Below are positions 1 to 9,598 of a DNA stretch of 64,000 bases, one piece after another. Source of the stretch: an uncultured Acidobacteriota bacterium (GTDB taxonomy: Bacteria > Acidobacteriota > Thermoanaerobaculia > Multivoradales > UBA5704). Where the stretch lies: assembly GCA_963700145.1 (NCBI GenBank), contig OY969474.1:896001-960000 (forward strand), read 5' to 3'. The notes beneath the pieces were generated by a model. It saw nothing but the letters and a program-made list of their open reading frames with translations, was not told where the DNA came from and did not search any database. The translations under genes and the position numbers were made by a program. How positions within the stretch are numbered: the stretch's first letter is position 1; every line of letters starts with the position of its first letter.

Positions 1-171
1 CGCAGCTCTGTCGCTTCCTACATGCTGCGGATCATCAATCAGCCGTCCACGTTCCGCCGCATCGTGTTCCTCACGAGCCGACGATGCGCGCGCGACATCC
101 TACGAGCACGCGCCGCAGGAACGCACGAGGAAGGCGGTAGCTCCGCGCGGACATCGAGAGTCGGCCGTTGA
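1..171 (+). CDS. Possible 3' end of a gene entering from the left edge (resembles the C-terminus of NAD(P)-binding oxidoreductases)
   Basis: Frame 1 is open to TGA at 169-171; the first ~26 codons (RSSVASYMLRIINQPSTFRRIVFLTS) show strong GC3 bias. It would overlap the convergent gene by ~100 nt, so it is uncertain. Confidence 0.25.
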   Translation, partial: RSSVASYMLRIINQPSTFRRIVFLTSRRCARDILRARAAGTHEEGGSSARTSRVGR

Positions 172-985
172 GAGTGAGGACTGCCACCGCGAGAGGTGTC
201 TGATCCGTCGGTGGAGCGACGACGCACCAACTATCGAATGCGAGCTCCCGCACCTCCCAAACCCCGAGATTCGAAAACAATCCCAAGAACCCGAACGAAG
301 AGGCGGATATGCAGCTCATGCTATGGCTCAGGAAAAATGGGCCAACCGCGGCGATGCGCGATAGGTTCGCGGCTTGAGCCCAGTGCTCACCGCGGGCGAG
401 CCGGTCGGATAGGTCGAGGTGGAGAACTTCGGGCGATCGTCCACCCGGCATGCCCACGATGAAGGACGCGTAGTTCCCGCGGAAACGAGTCGGTTGCGGG
501 TTCCGTCGCATGTTCACAGCTAACATCCAGGCTCCTTGGCGCGGAGCCGGGATACCTGCCTTGCGCGCCTCGGTGAGGAGCGTGCGATGTGTGGCCCACA
601 GGAGGAGCGAGCCGATCGTCGCGTGCCGCGCGTGGGCCGCCTCTCGGAGCGCTTCTAGCTCGCCGGCGCTCCACCACAACACCTCGGGTGCTCCGGAATA
701 TCGGCGATCCGTCGGCGGCCAACCTGATCTGAGGGTCAGGAGCTCCAGCCACGGCGCCAGGGCGCAAATGAAGCCGCCCGGATCGTCCGACGGGAGAGTC
801 GGCAGCGCGATCCTCGTCTCAGCAAAGCGAGAGAGTAGCAGGCCAAGCCCACCGACGCCGTCAAAGTCGACGTGGGACAGCAGGTGCCATTCTATGGCTC
901 CAGGTTCGACCGAGCGCCCGACGAGGAAGTCGCTGCTCTCTCCCCGCGCCTCGAGTGCCGCGAACCATGCGCCGAGACCGTTCAT
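71..985 (-). CDS. CoA-dependent acyltransferase, condensation/PapA5/WS-DGAT-like fold
   Basis: ATG at 985 with GAGGAG SD; HxxxDG motif (SHVDFDG), ATIGSLLLWA, AVNMRR...GNY and FSNLG segments typical of this family. Confidence 0.7.
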   Translation of the reverse strand: MNGLGAWFAALEARGESSDFLVGRSVEPGAIEWHLLSHVDFDGVGGLGLLLSRFAETRIALPTLPSDDPGGFICALAPWLELLTLRSGWPPTDRRYSGAPEVLWWSAGELEALREAAHARHATIGSLLLWATHRTLLTEARKAGIPAPRQGAWMLAVNMRRNPQPTRFRGNYASFIVGMPGGRSPEVLHLDLSDRLARGEHWAQAANLSRIAAVGPFFLSHSMSCISASSFGFLGLFSNLGVWEVRELAFDSWCVVAPPTDQTPLAVAVLTLNGRLSMSARSYRLPRAFLRRVLVGCRARIVGS

Positions 986-993
986 CGTTCTCC

Positions 994-2769
994 TCAAGCC
1001 TCGATCCGGTTCATCTGGCGTCGGATCCGGCCGAGCGAGAGGCGCAGGTAAAGGAGCACGATCAAGCAGACAAGGAACGCGGCCACCGAGAGCCTCGGGA
1101 AGCGATCGAGGAGTGCCGTGAGCTCGAGCGACGCTATGGCCCCGCGGAAGAATCCACGCTGATAGGAGAATAGAAGCGGCAGACCGAACAGGATGAGCGT
1201 TACCAGCCGCATGCCCAGGCCTACCACCGCTGAGATCGCGAAGGCGAACCTCGTCGTGCTGTAGCCCCGTAATATCGCGCGTTCCCGCACCCACTCGGCT
1301 TCGAAATAGGCCCGCTCGCTTGCGTAATCGAGAGTCTCTCCCGCCTGGAGCACGCGAGTCGCCCAATGTCTCATATTCTCGGAACTGAAGGCGCGATCGA
1401 GCTCGCGCCGCCGCGCTTGCCTCTCATAGGAGCGGATCATTTTGAAATAGTCGATTTCCGGGAAAAGATAGGCAAGCGACGAATCCATCGTCACCTCGGC
1501 GCGGTTGACTCGCATGAACTCCCAGGTGGCAGGGATGCGGTGTCGTTGGAGCGCGAGCGCCATCCCGGCCATCAGCGTGGTGAGTGACTTTTCGTGGTAG
1601 GGCAGCGACTTGATCCGCGACCGCTCCTGCCAAATCTTGAGCTGTCTGATGAGCTCGCTTTTGGTCGCCTCCCTACCCGCCCCCGGCGGCTCCGGACTCA
1701 GGAGCAGAAGCATGTCAGCAGCCTTTTCGAATGCCCCTCCCGCAATGGCCTGAAAGAGCATGTAATATTTTTTCAGCCGATTCGTGTCGATCGACCCCAC
1801 CGAGCCGAAGTCGATTAGCGCGATTCGACTCCCTCTGAGGAGGACGATGTTTCCAGGGTGTAGGTCGCCATGAAACAGGTTGTCCTCGAATACCTGCCGC
1901 GTATGGGTGTCATAGAGATAATATCCGACTCGCCGCGGCTCGATGTCGTTTTCAGCGAGCCACTCCATGAGGCGCGGCCGGTCGCGCTCGTACGCTTCGA
2001 TAAATTCGCTCATGAGCACGCCCGAGATGAACTCCATCACCAGGACGCGCTTGGAGGTAAGTTTCCAAAAGACCTTCGGCACATAGACATTGTGTTGACG
2101 GAGGCGCGTCCGCATGAGGCTCTGGGACGCGGCTTCGGAACGGTAGTCCAGCTCGTTGGCGAACATTTGCTCGAGCTCCCAGGCGAACTCGTGCCAACGC
2201 GCCTCGGGCATGATCCGCAAGAGCCTCAGCAATCGGACCATCCGCTTTACGCACCGCATATCCGCGGCGAACGCAGCTTCGACCCCCGGCCGCTGAATTT
2301 TCACGGCTACCTCTGGACCTTCGATTAGGCGGGCGCGGTGGATTTGCCCAACTGAGCCGGCGGCGATCGGCTCCTCCAGGAACTCGGAGAACACTTGGTA
2401 GCGGGTCAAACACAACTCCTCCTCGAGGACGCGCAGTGCTTCGTCCCCAGGGAACCCGACGGCGCGATCTTGAAGTGCGGCGAGCGCGTCGCACAAGTCT
2501 GCCGGGAAGAGATCGCGCCGCATCGCAATCAACTGCCCCGCCTTCACCCATGCGCCTCCGTAGCGCTCCATCAAGGAGCGGATGCGCGCGGCGATAGCGG
2601 GCAAACGTGCCGATGCTAGGCGCGCAGCACACCAGCGTACGGCGAGCCAGAAGAGGAAAGACAGGACACCCAGGAGCCGCCATCGGACCCGGAGGATCTC
2701 GGACGTGGTGGGTACTCTTTGTTCCCGCTCTGGGTATAGCGGAGTCGGGGTTGCACACGAGTCGAGCAT
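994..2769 (-). CDS. ABC1/UbiB/AarF-family atypical kinase with C-terminal TM segments
   Basis: KxGQ (VKAGQ), IAAGSVGQIH, VAVKIQ, HGDLHPGN and IDFG motifs; ATG at 2769 lies 7 nt after the upstream stop. Confidence 0.9.
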   Translation of the reverse strand: MLDSCATPTPLYPEREQRVPTTSEILRVRWRLLGVLSFLFWLAVRWCAARLASARLPAIAARIRSLMERYGGAWVKAGQLIAMRRDLFPADLCDALAALQDRAVGFPGDEALRVLEEELCLTRYQVFSEFLEEPIAAGSVGQIHRARLIEGPEVAVKIQRPGVEAAFAADMRCVKRMVRLLRLLRIMPEARWHEFAWELEQMFANELDYRSEAASQSLMRTRLRQHNVYVPKVFWKLTSKRVLVMEFISGVLMSEFIEAYERDRPRLMEWLAENDIEPRRVGYYLYDTHTRQVFEDNLFHGDLHPGNIVLLRGSRIALIDFGSVGSIDTNRLKKYYMLFQAIAGGAFEKAADMLLLLSPEPPGAGREATKSELIRQLKIWQERSRIKSLPYHEKSLTTLMAGMALALQRHRIPATWEFMRVNRAEVTMDSSLAYLFPEIDYFKMIRSYERQARRRELDRAFSSENMRHWATRVLQAGETLDYASERAYFEAEWVRERAILRGYSTTRFAFAISAVVGLGMRLVTLILFGLPLLFSYQRGFFRGAIASLELTALLDRFPRLSVAAFLVCLIVLLYLRLSLGRIRRQMNRIEA

Positions 2770-2776
2770 CGAAGCG

Positions 2777-4360
2777 TCATGCGCTCGCTTTGTCCCTGCG
2801 CTTCTTCGGCACTCGGCCAGCAAAGTTGTAGGCGTCATCCTGAAAGATCGGAAAACGCTTGAGGCGAAGATAGCTCTTGTAGGCTGCCATTCGCACGTCG
2901 CCACTGAAGCCGTCGCCGTTCCGGACTGCGAGCTCGAACTCGTGCATCAAATCGTTCCGTCCGCAATCCTCCTGCGAGAGCGCACGGAGCTGATCGGCCG
3001 CTGTCCCCAGCATACTGGACATTCCCAGGCGCTCGAGGAGCGGGACGATCTCGAGCTGCATTTGATTGAACCAGACCGCCCCCCAGTCGGTGAGGTCGTA
3101 AGAGTCCCGCTTTTCTTCCACTAGCCCGAGCCGAACCCAGCGCGCGACCAGCTTCTGCCACGCACTCTTTTGTTCGACGATGATGCGCGGAATGGTCAGC
3201 CGCTGGATTCCCATGAGCATCGCGCGCCGGAGCGCTGTGTCGAAATCTAGCGTCTCCCTGCATTGGAAGGGAAGAATATTGCGATCGACCAGCGCGAGAT
3301 ACTCGGCGAGATCGGGGATGTCCCGGTGGAGGGTGCCGTTGACGAATCCAAACGCGGACGGACCGAAGGCCAGCGACGTGGAGAGCGCATTGCCGCCGCC
3401 CCCGAAGGTGCTCTTCATGAAGTTGTTGATGTCCGTCCGCACGTAGGCTTCGGTCGCGACCGGTCGAAAGCCCAGTTCTCTCATTATGAGCTTCGCCGCG
3501 GTTCGAAACTGGAGGAGGCGCGTGCCCCAAGACGGCCCTTCTACTCTTCGTTCGCGGGCGACGCCATCGAACATGCGCGTCCCCGGCACCATCCAGAACG
3601 TGTAGACATCGAGGCTGCCGATACCCCAAGACACGACGCGCCGCACGTCGTCCGTGAAGCTCTCGACCGTTTGGCTCGGGAGGCCCACCATCAGGTCGAC
3701 GTTAAAAGGCACCCCTGGCCTTTTCTCCAGTAATTCGACGAGACGTTCGTAGTCCTCGATTGTCTCGCCGCGCCCGATCATTCGCCGAACGGCGGGATCC
3801 AAGCTCTGCACGCCGAAGGAGAGTCGATTGAACCCCTGCGCGAAGTAGTCGTCGAAGCGCTCGCACAGCGCTCGGTTTGCGACGGACTCGAGCGTGATCT
3901 CGGCGTCGTCGGCGATCGGGAACGCGCTGCGCAGCGCCTTGAGCACCCGCCCCAGCTGGGACGGGCCGAGTTCTGTCGGAGTTCCTCCGCCGAAGTACAC
4001 CGTGGTGAAGGGCGCTCCGTCATGCCTGTAGCCTCGGGCCACCATCGCGATGTGCCGAAGGAGCGCGTCGACGAACTGCTCCCGCCGCTCGGGAGTCCGA
4101 TCGGATGTCTTCCTGGTCTTGTAGAGGAAGCAGAAATGGCAGATAAATGGACAGAACGGGACGTGGATGTAGATCAAGTTCCCGCCTTCCGGCAAATGCG
4201 AGGTTGTCTCCTTCCATGCCGCCACCTTCGAGTCGATCCGCGGTGGCCAATTGTCGGGCGAGATCGGCCCTCGGTTCCGCATCAAGTGAGCGATGGGATA
4301 ATCGAACACTTGAAACGGCAGAAGGGTCGGGTACGGCAGCTCTCTGGCATGCTCAATCAT
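2777..4360 (-). CDS. HemN-like (class C) radical SAM enzyme
   Basis: YIHVPFCPFICHFC (CxxxCxxC), YFGGGTPT, RLSFGVQS, VDLMVGLP; ATG at 4360 overlaps the upstream stop (ATGA). Confidence 0.9.
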   Translation of the reverse strand: MIEHARELPYPTLLPFQVFDYPIAHLMRNRGPISPDNWPPRIDSKVAAWKETTSHLPEGGNLIYIHVPFCPFICHFCFLYKTRKTSDRTPERREQFVDALLRHIAMVARGYRHDGAPFTTVYFGGGTPTELGPSQLGRVLKALRSAFPIADDAEITLESVANRALCERFDDYFAQGFNRLSFGVQSLDPAVRRMIGRGETIEDYERLVELLEKRPGVPFNVDLMVGLPSQTVESFTDDVRRVVSWGIGSLDVYTFWMVPGTRMFDGVARERRVEGPSWGTRLLQFRTAAKLIMRELGFRPVATEAYVRTDINNFMKSTFGGGGNALSTSLAFGPSAFGFVNGTLHRDIPDLAEYLALVDRNILPFQCRETLDFDTALRRAMLMGIQRLTIPRIIVEQKSAWQKLVARWVRLGLVEEKRDSYDLTDWGAVWFNQMQLEIVPLLERLGMSSMLGTAADQLRALSQEDCGRNDLMHEFELAVRNGDGFSGDVRMAAYKSYLRLKRFPIFQDDAYNFAGRVPKKRRDKASA

Positions 4361-5397
4361 GATGTCTTCCTCATCGCAGCCTGCTTCTCGCAGCGCTCCT
4401 TGACGATCCGGAGGATGTACTCCTGGAGGTGATGCATGATGCTGTCGGTCCAAAGTCCCGCGTACCAGTTGAAACGGGTGCCGAGCCGCTCGGCGCTGTC
4501 GAGATGCAGCCGTACGCTTCCGTGTGGCAAAGGCTCTATGGCATAGCGGCCTTCCAGCACCCGGAAATAGACGCCCTCGATCGCGCCGATGAGGGGCGGC
4601 AGCGACTTCGAGTGATCGACCTCGATTGTGAAACGCAGCTCCTGCTGGTCCTGCCAGTGGGTAACGGTCTCGACAAAATTGAGACCTTGCTCAAACATCG
4701 CGTCGCGGACACCGCCGACGCCGTCCCGAGAGAGGACCGCCTCCCGCGGCCGCGGGAGGCCCAGGGTATGAAAGACGCTGAAGCGGTGCTCCTTGGGCTG
4801 TATTTCCGCAACTCGCGTGATGTTTTGCCAAATGATGCTCTTGTCAGCCTTGATGTCGATCTCGGTATGCACCTTACGCATCGAATCGCTGGGAGGCGCG
4901 AAGCTCTCCGCGTACGCAACGAAGTACGGCGCCAGCATCGCGGCGACCACTGTGGACACTTGCAGAAACCCCCCGTTCATGCGCAGGCGGGAGAAGAAAT
5001 ATGGCCCGATGCTCCCCAGGCTAGCCATAGCCAGAACGACAGGAAGAGCCATTACGATGCATAAGAGCGGCTCGTGCGCGAACACAGCGCCCGCGCCGAC
5101 CACCGCCAAGCAGGCGAGCCACGGCATATAGAGGACGTAGCGCCAATCGAAGCGGGTGCGCCGGCGCGTTCGAGGCGCTGCTATCAAACCGATCGCGAAA
5201 GGCGCGAGAAAGAGAAAACCCGCGGACATCACGTTCAATCGCCCGTAGAGCAATTCAGAGCGAAAAGCCGCGTGGGTCAGGACTCCGTAGCCGGCGGCCA
5301 GCGCGACGTGAAGCAACGCGGTACGACTCGAGCTCTGCATACATTCGGTCTCTCGAGCCCGGCTGGAAGTATGAGTGACACTTTGGCTAACCGACAT
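4357..5397 (-). CDS. Membrane protein with N-terminal TM helices and C-terminal SRPBCC/START-like domain
   Basis: About 5 hydrophobic segments followed by VHTEIDIKADKSIIWQNI...GVGGVR...ETVTHWQ...LRFTI, a SRPBCC pattern; start 5397 after GAGGG (5340 is an alternative). Confidence 0.75.
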   Translation of the reverse strand: MSVSQSVTHTSSRARETECMQSSSRTALLHVALAAGYGVLTHAAFRSELLYGRLNVMSAGFLFLAPFAIGLIAAPRTRRRTRFDWRYVLYMPWLACLAVVGAGAVFAHEPLLCIVMALPVVLAMASLGSIGPYFFSRLRMNGGFLQVSTVVAAMLAPYFVAYAESFAPPSDSMRKVHTEIDIKADKSIIWQNITRVAEIQPKEHRFSVFHTLGLPRPREAVLSRDGVGGVRDAMFEQGLNFVETVTHWQDQQELRFTIEVDHSKSLPPLIGAIEGVYFRVLEGRYAIEPLPHGSVRLHLDSAERLGTRFNWYAGLWTDSIMHHLQEYILRIVKERCEKQAAMRKTS

Positions 5398-6083
5398 CGC
5401 ATACCCTCTACCGCGATGGAAACGCCGTGGGAGCAGTCCGCCGCGACGGATCAGGTACAGCCAATACGTCTCGTCCCAAGGGAACTTGGTGGACCGTATC
5501 AATTTGAGAGAAGCGGCGCAACTGCGCGCACGCGAGCCTTCGCGGTGTGGGAGTCGCTTTGGGGCCCCGACGAGTGCGAAGCGCCCCATCGTGCGATCAG
5601 ACCGTGCTAGAGCCACAGCGAGAGTCGATCCGAGGCTTGGGCGCCCGCGCTCGCCGTCCCTGCACTGGTGACGAGCTACCTCTGGGTGTCACTGCGCCCT
5701 AGAGTACCAGAGGGGGAGGGCCTTAAGCGGGCACCCCTACCTTGGATGTCGTGTGGCCTCGGCCGGGCCGGGCCTCGATCAGCCAGGAGCGTTCACGAGC
5801 CCGACCCCGCGGGCGGTGGGTGACGAGAGGCTCGTGCGGGCAGTCGCCGCCGAGAGTGCTAGAGGATGCGACGGAGGCAGGAGCGCTCGACGCTGAATGC
5901 GACGACGCGCATCGTGGTACTGCAGAAGGTACATGCTCTCGCAACCCGCGAGCTCAATGCCCGGCACCGCCATTCGTCGCCGAACGCGGGCTAGCAGTCT
6001 TGGTCTGTCTGTTGCGGGATTTGCGGCCGGCAGGGCGGGCTCGCTGGCTCGGCGCTAGATGGTCGACGGCCGGGGCACCAGGC

Positions 6084-6665
6084 TCACAGCGGCAGCGCCG
6101 GGAAGTCGGCGATACGCAGCGCGCCGGCGCGCTGGGCGAGGGTGCGGAAGCCGGCCAGGCTCTCCTCGACCGTCGCGCGCGGGCGGGCGGTGGCGCTCGC
6201 CAGGGCCTGCACCGTGCACTCCTCCTCGGCGCAGACGTGCGCCGCCGTGAGCGCCAGCTCGTAGAGCTGCCGGAAGCGGCTCTCCTCTTCGGTCGTCACG
6301 AAACCCGAGCCGTCGAGGTCGGCGAGTGGCCGCAGGCGGCGCAGCTCGCGCTCGGTTGCGTCGAGGAGCTCCTTCTTCTTCGCCGCGATCAGCGCCGGGT
6401 CGGCGCCCGGGACGTCGCAGGTCGAGGAGTCGTAGGAGCGCATGTAGAACCCGGTCTCCGGGTCCTTCTCGAGGGTCAGCGTCGACCAGCCGGTGCGCAG
6501 AGACGCCACCATCATCAGCGACCCGTAGGCCGACTCCGTCATCCCGTCGGCGCGGATCTTCCGGAGGTAAGACTCCAGGTCGTCGCCGGCCGGCCGCGAC
6601 GCGCAGGCTGCGACGAGCGGCAGGAGCAGCAGAGGGAGCAGGGCGCGGGAGGCGAGCTTCGTCAT
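6084..6665 (-). CDS. Lipoprotein with a single EF-hand-like loop
   Basis: Signal peptide and lipobox LVAAC; DLDGSGFVTTEE loop; starts 1 nt after the der stop. Confidence 0.7.
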   Translation of the reverse strand: MTKLASRALLPLLLLPLVAACASRPAGDDLESYLRKIRADGMTESAYGSLMMVASLRTGWSTLTLEKDPETGFYMRSYDSSTCDVPGADPALIAAKKKELLDATERELRRLRPLADLDGSGFVTTEEESRFRQLYELALTAAHVCAEEECTVQALASATARPRATVEESLAGFRTLAQRAGALRIADFPALPL

Positions 6666-6666
6666 C

Positions 6667-7974
6667 TCAAGTCTCTCCTCGTTTACGGATCACCAGCCGT
6701 ATCGGCACGCCGGGCAGGTCGAGGGCCTCGCGGACGCGGTTCTCGAGGTAGCGGCGGTAGGTGTCGGCGCGGTGCAGGGTGCGGTTGGCGAAGAGCATGA
6801 AGGTCGGCGGGCCGGTCGAGACCTGGGTCGCGTAGTAGAGCTTCCACGGGTGCCCGTGAACAGCCGGCGGGTGCCGCCGTGCCAGGGCCTTCTCGAAAAG
6901 ACGGTTCACCTCGCCGGTGCCGAGCTCCGTGTTGTAGGCGGCGAGGGCGCGATCGATCGCCGGGAAGAGGCGCTCGACGCCGCGGCCGGTCAAGGCCGAG
7001 ACGTTGACCCGCGGCGGCGTCGCCAGGAGCTGGTCGAGCCGCTCCCAGGAGAGCTCGAGCGCCTCGCGCCGCTCGGCATCGAGCAGGTCCCACTTGTTGA
7101 GGGCCACGACCGCCGCCCGGCCGAGCTCCCAGATCGTGCCGGCGATCGCCAGGTCGCCGCTCGTCACCCCCTGCGCGGCGTCGACGACCAGCACCGCCAC
7201 ATGGGCCCGCTCGATCTGCCGCCGCGCCATCATCACCGCCAGCTCCTCGGCCGCGCCGGTGACCTGGCTGCGGCGGCGGATGCCGGCGGTGTCGATCAGC
7301 AGGTAGCGCTTGTCGCCGCGCTCGATCAGGGTGTCGACCGGGTCGCGCGTGGTACCGGCGACGGGCGAGACGAGCGCGCGCTCGAGCCCGGCGATCTGGT
7401 TCAAGAGCGACGACTTGCCGACGTTGGGGCGGCCGACGATGGCGACGGGGGGCGCCTCGGGCTGCGGCTCTACCGTCACCTCGGGGAGCGCGAGGGCGAG
7501 CGCCTCGCGCAGGTCGGCGACCCCGCCGCCGTGCTCGGCCGAGACCAGAAGGAGGCGGTCGATTCCCAGGCGGTAGAACTCCGAGAAGCGCTCGCGCGCC
7601 TCGCGCGTGTCGCCCTTGTTGACGACGAGGATCGCCGGCTTGCCGTAGGCGCGGAAGCGGCTCCAGACCTCCTCGTCGGCGGCCACCAGGCCCTGCTTGC
7701 CGTCCACCACGAAGAGCAGGAGGTCGCTCTCCTCCACCGCCAGCAGGACCTGGCGGTTCAGGCCCAGCGGGTCGTCGCCGGGGACCAGGCCGCCGGTGTC
7801 GACGATCTGCACCGGGCGGTCGCCGCCGAGGTCGGTCAGGGCGACGATGCGGTCGCGGGTGACGCCGGGGAGGTCGTGGACGATCGCCTGCCGCCGGCCG
7901 ACGAGGCGGTTGAAGAGCGTCGACTTGCCGACGTTCGGGCGGCCGACGATGGCGACGTTCGGGGTCAGCGGCAC
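6667..7974 (-). CDS. der: Ribosome biogenesis GTPase Der/EngA
   Basis: Two G-domains (GRPNVGKS twice, GVTRD/GTTRD, DTGG/DTAG, NKGD/NKWD) and a KH-like tail; GTG at 7974 lies 7 nt after TATGCT. Confidence 0.97.
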   Translation of the reverse strand: MPLTPNVAIVGRPNVGKSTLFNRLVGRRQAIVHDLPGVTRDRIVALTDLGGDRPVQIVDTGGLVPGDDPLGLNRQVLLAVEESDLLLFVVDGKQGLVAADEEVWSRFRAYGKPAILVVNKGDTREARERFSEFYRLGIDRLLLVSAEHGGGVADLREALALALPEVTVEPQPEAPPVAIVGRPNVGKSSLLNQIAGLERALVSPVAGTTRDPVDTLIERGDKRYLLIDTAGIRRRSQVTGAAEELAVMMARRQIERAHVAVLVVDAAQGVTSGDLAIAGTIWELGRAAVVALNKWDLLDAERREALELSWERLDQLLATPPRVNVSALTGRGVERLFPAIDRALAAYNTELGTGEVNRLFEKALARRHPPAVHGHPWKLYYATQVSTGPPTFMLFANRTLHRADTYRRYLENRVREALDLPGVPIRLVIRKRGET

Positions 7975-8036
7975 GCCGCGAAGCATATGCGGCGCTTGCA
8001 CTTTCGCCTGGGTGGCCTCACACTTTCCGTCGAGAT

Positions 8037-8435
8037 ATGCGCGAGAGCAGCGAGAAGACCCTGCGCCAGGTGCTGCGCGAGGCGGTGGCCGCCTCCGGCT
8101 GGACGAAGCGCGCCCTGGAGCAGCGGCTGGTCCTCGGCAGCGGCAACCTCGACAAGCTGCTCGACGGGCGGCTGGAGATCAAGGTGCGCCACCTGCGGGC
8201 CTTCGCCGAGCTGCTCGACGTGCCGCTGGCGGACTTCGTGACGCTCGGCTACCCCGAGCAGGCGGCCGCGGCGACGCGCCGGCTCACGGATTGGATCGCG
8301 CCGTCGCACCGCAGCCACGACCTGGCGGCGGTGGTGCGCGCCGCCGTCGAGGAGGAGCTCGCCCGTCGCGAGCGCGCCGCTTCGGCGGGCGAAACGGCGG
8401 CCGGGGATGCCGAAGTGGAGCTTCCGGTCTCCTAG
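8037..8435 (+). CDS. XRE/Cro-like helix-turn-helix protein
   Basis: SGWTKRALEQRLVLGSGNLDKLLDG...AFAELLDVPLADF fits an HTH_XRE pattern; divergent from der. Confidence 0.75.
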   Translation: MRESSEKTLRQVLREAVAASGWTKRALEQRLVLGSGNLDKLLDGRLEIKVRHLRAFAELLDVPLADFVTLGYPEQAAAATRRLTDWIAPSHRSHDLAAVVRAAVEEELARRERAASAGETAAGDAEVELPVS

Positions 8436-8790
8436 TTACGAACTACTGTCCTCCAATTACGAACTCCGGTCCGCGGTTTACGCGGTTCGCCACGCGAATG
8501 GAGGGCTTCTGTCCCCGATCTACGCGGTTCGTCCGGCGTTTGGGCTGGGTCGGCCGGCGAATGGGGCGCCGCGGTCCGCGATCTACTCAGTTCGTCCGGC
8601 GAACCGAGTGGGTTCGGTCCGCGGATTACGAACCGCCGTCCTCTGTTTACTAACTTCGGTCCCCGACCCACTCCAAACGGCGGCCGCGAAGCGGGTTCCT
8701 GTCCTCAACCTACGCAGTTCGCCGGCTGGCAGGCTCATTCGCCGGGCGGAACGATCCCCGCGGCCCTCGATCTACTCGGTTCGACCGCTC
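8427..8790. repeat. Degenerate ~21-bp tandem repeat array
   Basis: Successive units such as GTCCTCCAATTACGAACTCCG, GTCCGCGGTTTACGCGGTTCG, GTCCCCGATCTACGCGGTTC, GTCCGCGATCTACTCAGTTC. Confidence 0.65.
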
Positions 8791-8808
8791 CATCCTAGGA
8801 TCGGCTGT

Positions 8809-9195
8809 ATGAAACCCAAGCATGGTTTCCCGCCGGACGTTCTCGCAGCCATCGCCGCCGGGAAGATCCTCGGCATAAAGGCCGGCCGGGAGCCGCACCG
8901 ATTCATCGGGATCTGGGTGGTGGTCGTGGAGCGGCGGGTGTTTGTGCGGTCGTGGAGCCGCAAGCCGCGGAGCTGGTGGCGGACGTTTCTCGAGGAGCCC
9001 TACGGAGCGATCACCGTCGGCAGCCGCGAGATCCCCGTGCGCGCTATCCAGACGCGGAGCGAGCGCTTGAAAGACGCCGTGACCCAGGCCTACCGGGAGA
9101 AGTACAACACGCCGGGGTCGCTCCAATACGTCCGCGACTTCGCCCGCCCCGAGCGCCGGGCCACGACGACGGAGCTGGTGCCGCTCAACCGCTGA
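8809..9195 (+). CDS. DUF2255-like protein (split-barrel type)
   Basis: IWVVVVERRVFVRS...WWR...AYREKY pattern; ATG at 8809 lies 7 nt after TAGGAT. Confidence 0.75.
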   Translation: MKPKHGFPPDVLAAIAAGKILGIKAGREPHRFIGIWVVVVERRVFVRSWSRKPRSWWRTFLEEPYGAITVGSREIPVRAIQTRSERLKDAVTQAYREKYNTPGSLQYVRDFARPERRATTTELVPLNR

Positions 9196-9598
9196 ACGGG
9201 TTCAGGAGCTCCACGCCCGTCCGCTCGACGTGCCGGACGTTGCGGGTGACCAGCGTCAGGCCGTGTACGCTGGCGGTGGCGGCGAGGAGGCCGTCGATGG
9301 GCGGGAGCGGGTCCGGAACGTTGAAGCGCCCCCAACGATCGGCGATGGCCTCATCGACGGGGAGGATCCGCTCCCCCTGCGTCGCGATCACCTCGGCCAA
9401 CCAGACCTCCAGCGCCTGAGCCGACCGCGGGTCCCGCCGCCGGACGCTCTCGATCCCCTGGCGCACCTCGCCAATCGTGAGGACGCTCAAGAAGACCTCC
9501 TCTCGCGGGACCTCGGAGTACCATGCGGCCAGCGCGGCATCGCAGCGCCGGCCCTTGCGCAGCTCGGAGACGACGTTCGTGTCGACGAGGTAGCTCAA
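9185..9598 (-). CDS. vapC: PIN-domain toxin (VapC/FitB)
   Basis: YLVDTNVVSE, SVLTIGEV, DGLLAATA, LVTRNVRH; TTG start overlaps the antitoxin stop. Confidence 0.93.
   Translation of the reverse strand: MSYLVDTNVVSELRKGRRCDAALAAWYSEVPREEVFLSVLTIGEVRQGIESVRRRDPRSAQALEVWLAEVIATQGERILPVDEAIADRWGRFNVPDPLPPIDGLLAATASVHGLTLVTRNVRHVERTGVELLNPFSG

Noticed and set aside
1-4360. ChuW/ChuY-type anaerobic heme degradation locus
   Set aside because: The left-edge fragment is too short and convergent, and no ChuX or heme transport genes are present.
5400-6080. Short ORFs (5723-5944, 5779-5973) as RiPP precursors for the radical SAM enzyme
   Set aside because: No SD, no coding-like codon bias, no leader/core pattern; no RRE or SPASM domain in the enzyme and no peptidase or exporter nearby.
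8427-8790. CRISPR array (also considered for 50221-50450)
   Set aside because: Units are contiguous and degenerate, with no unique spacers and no cas genes.
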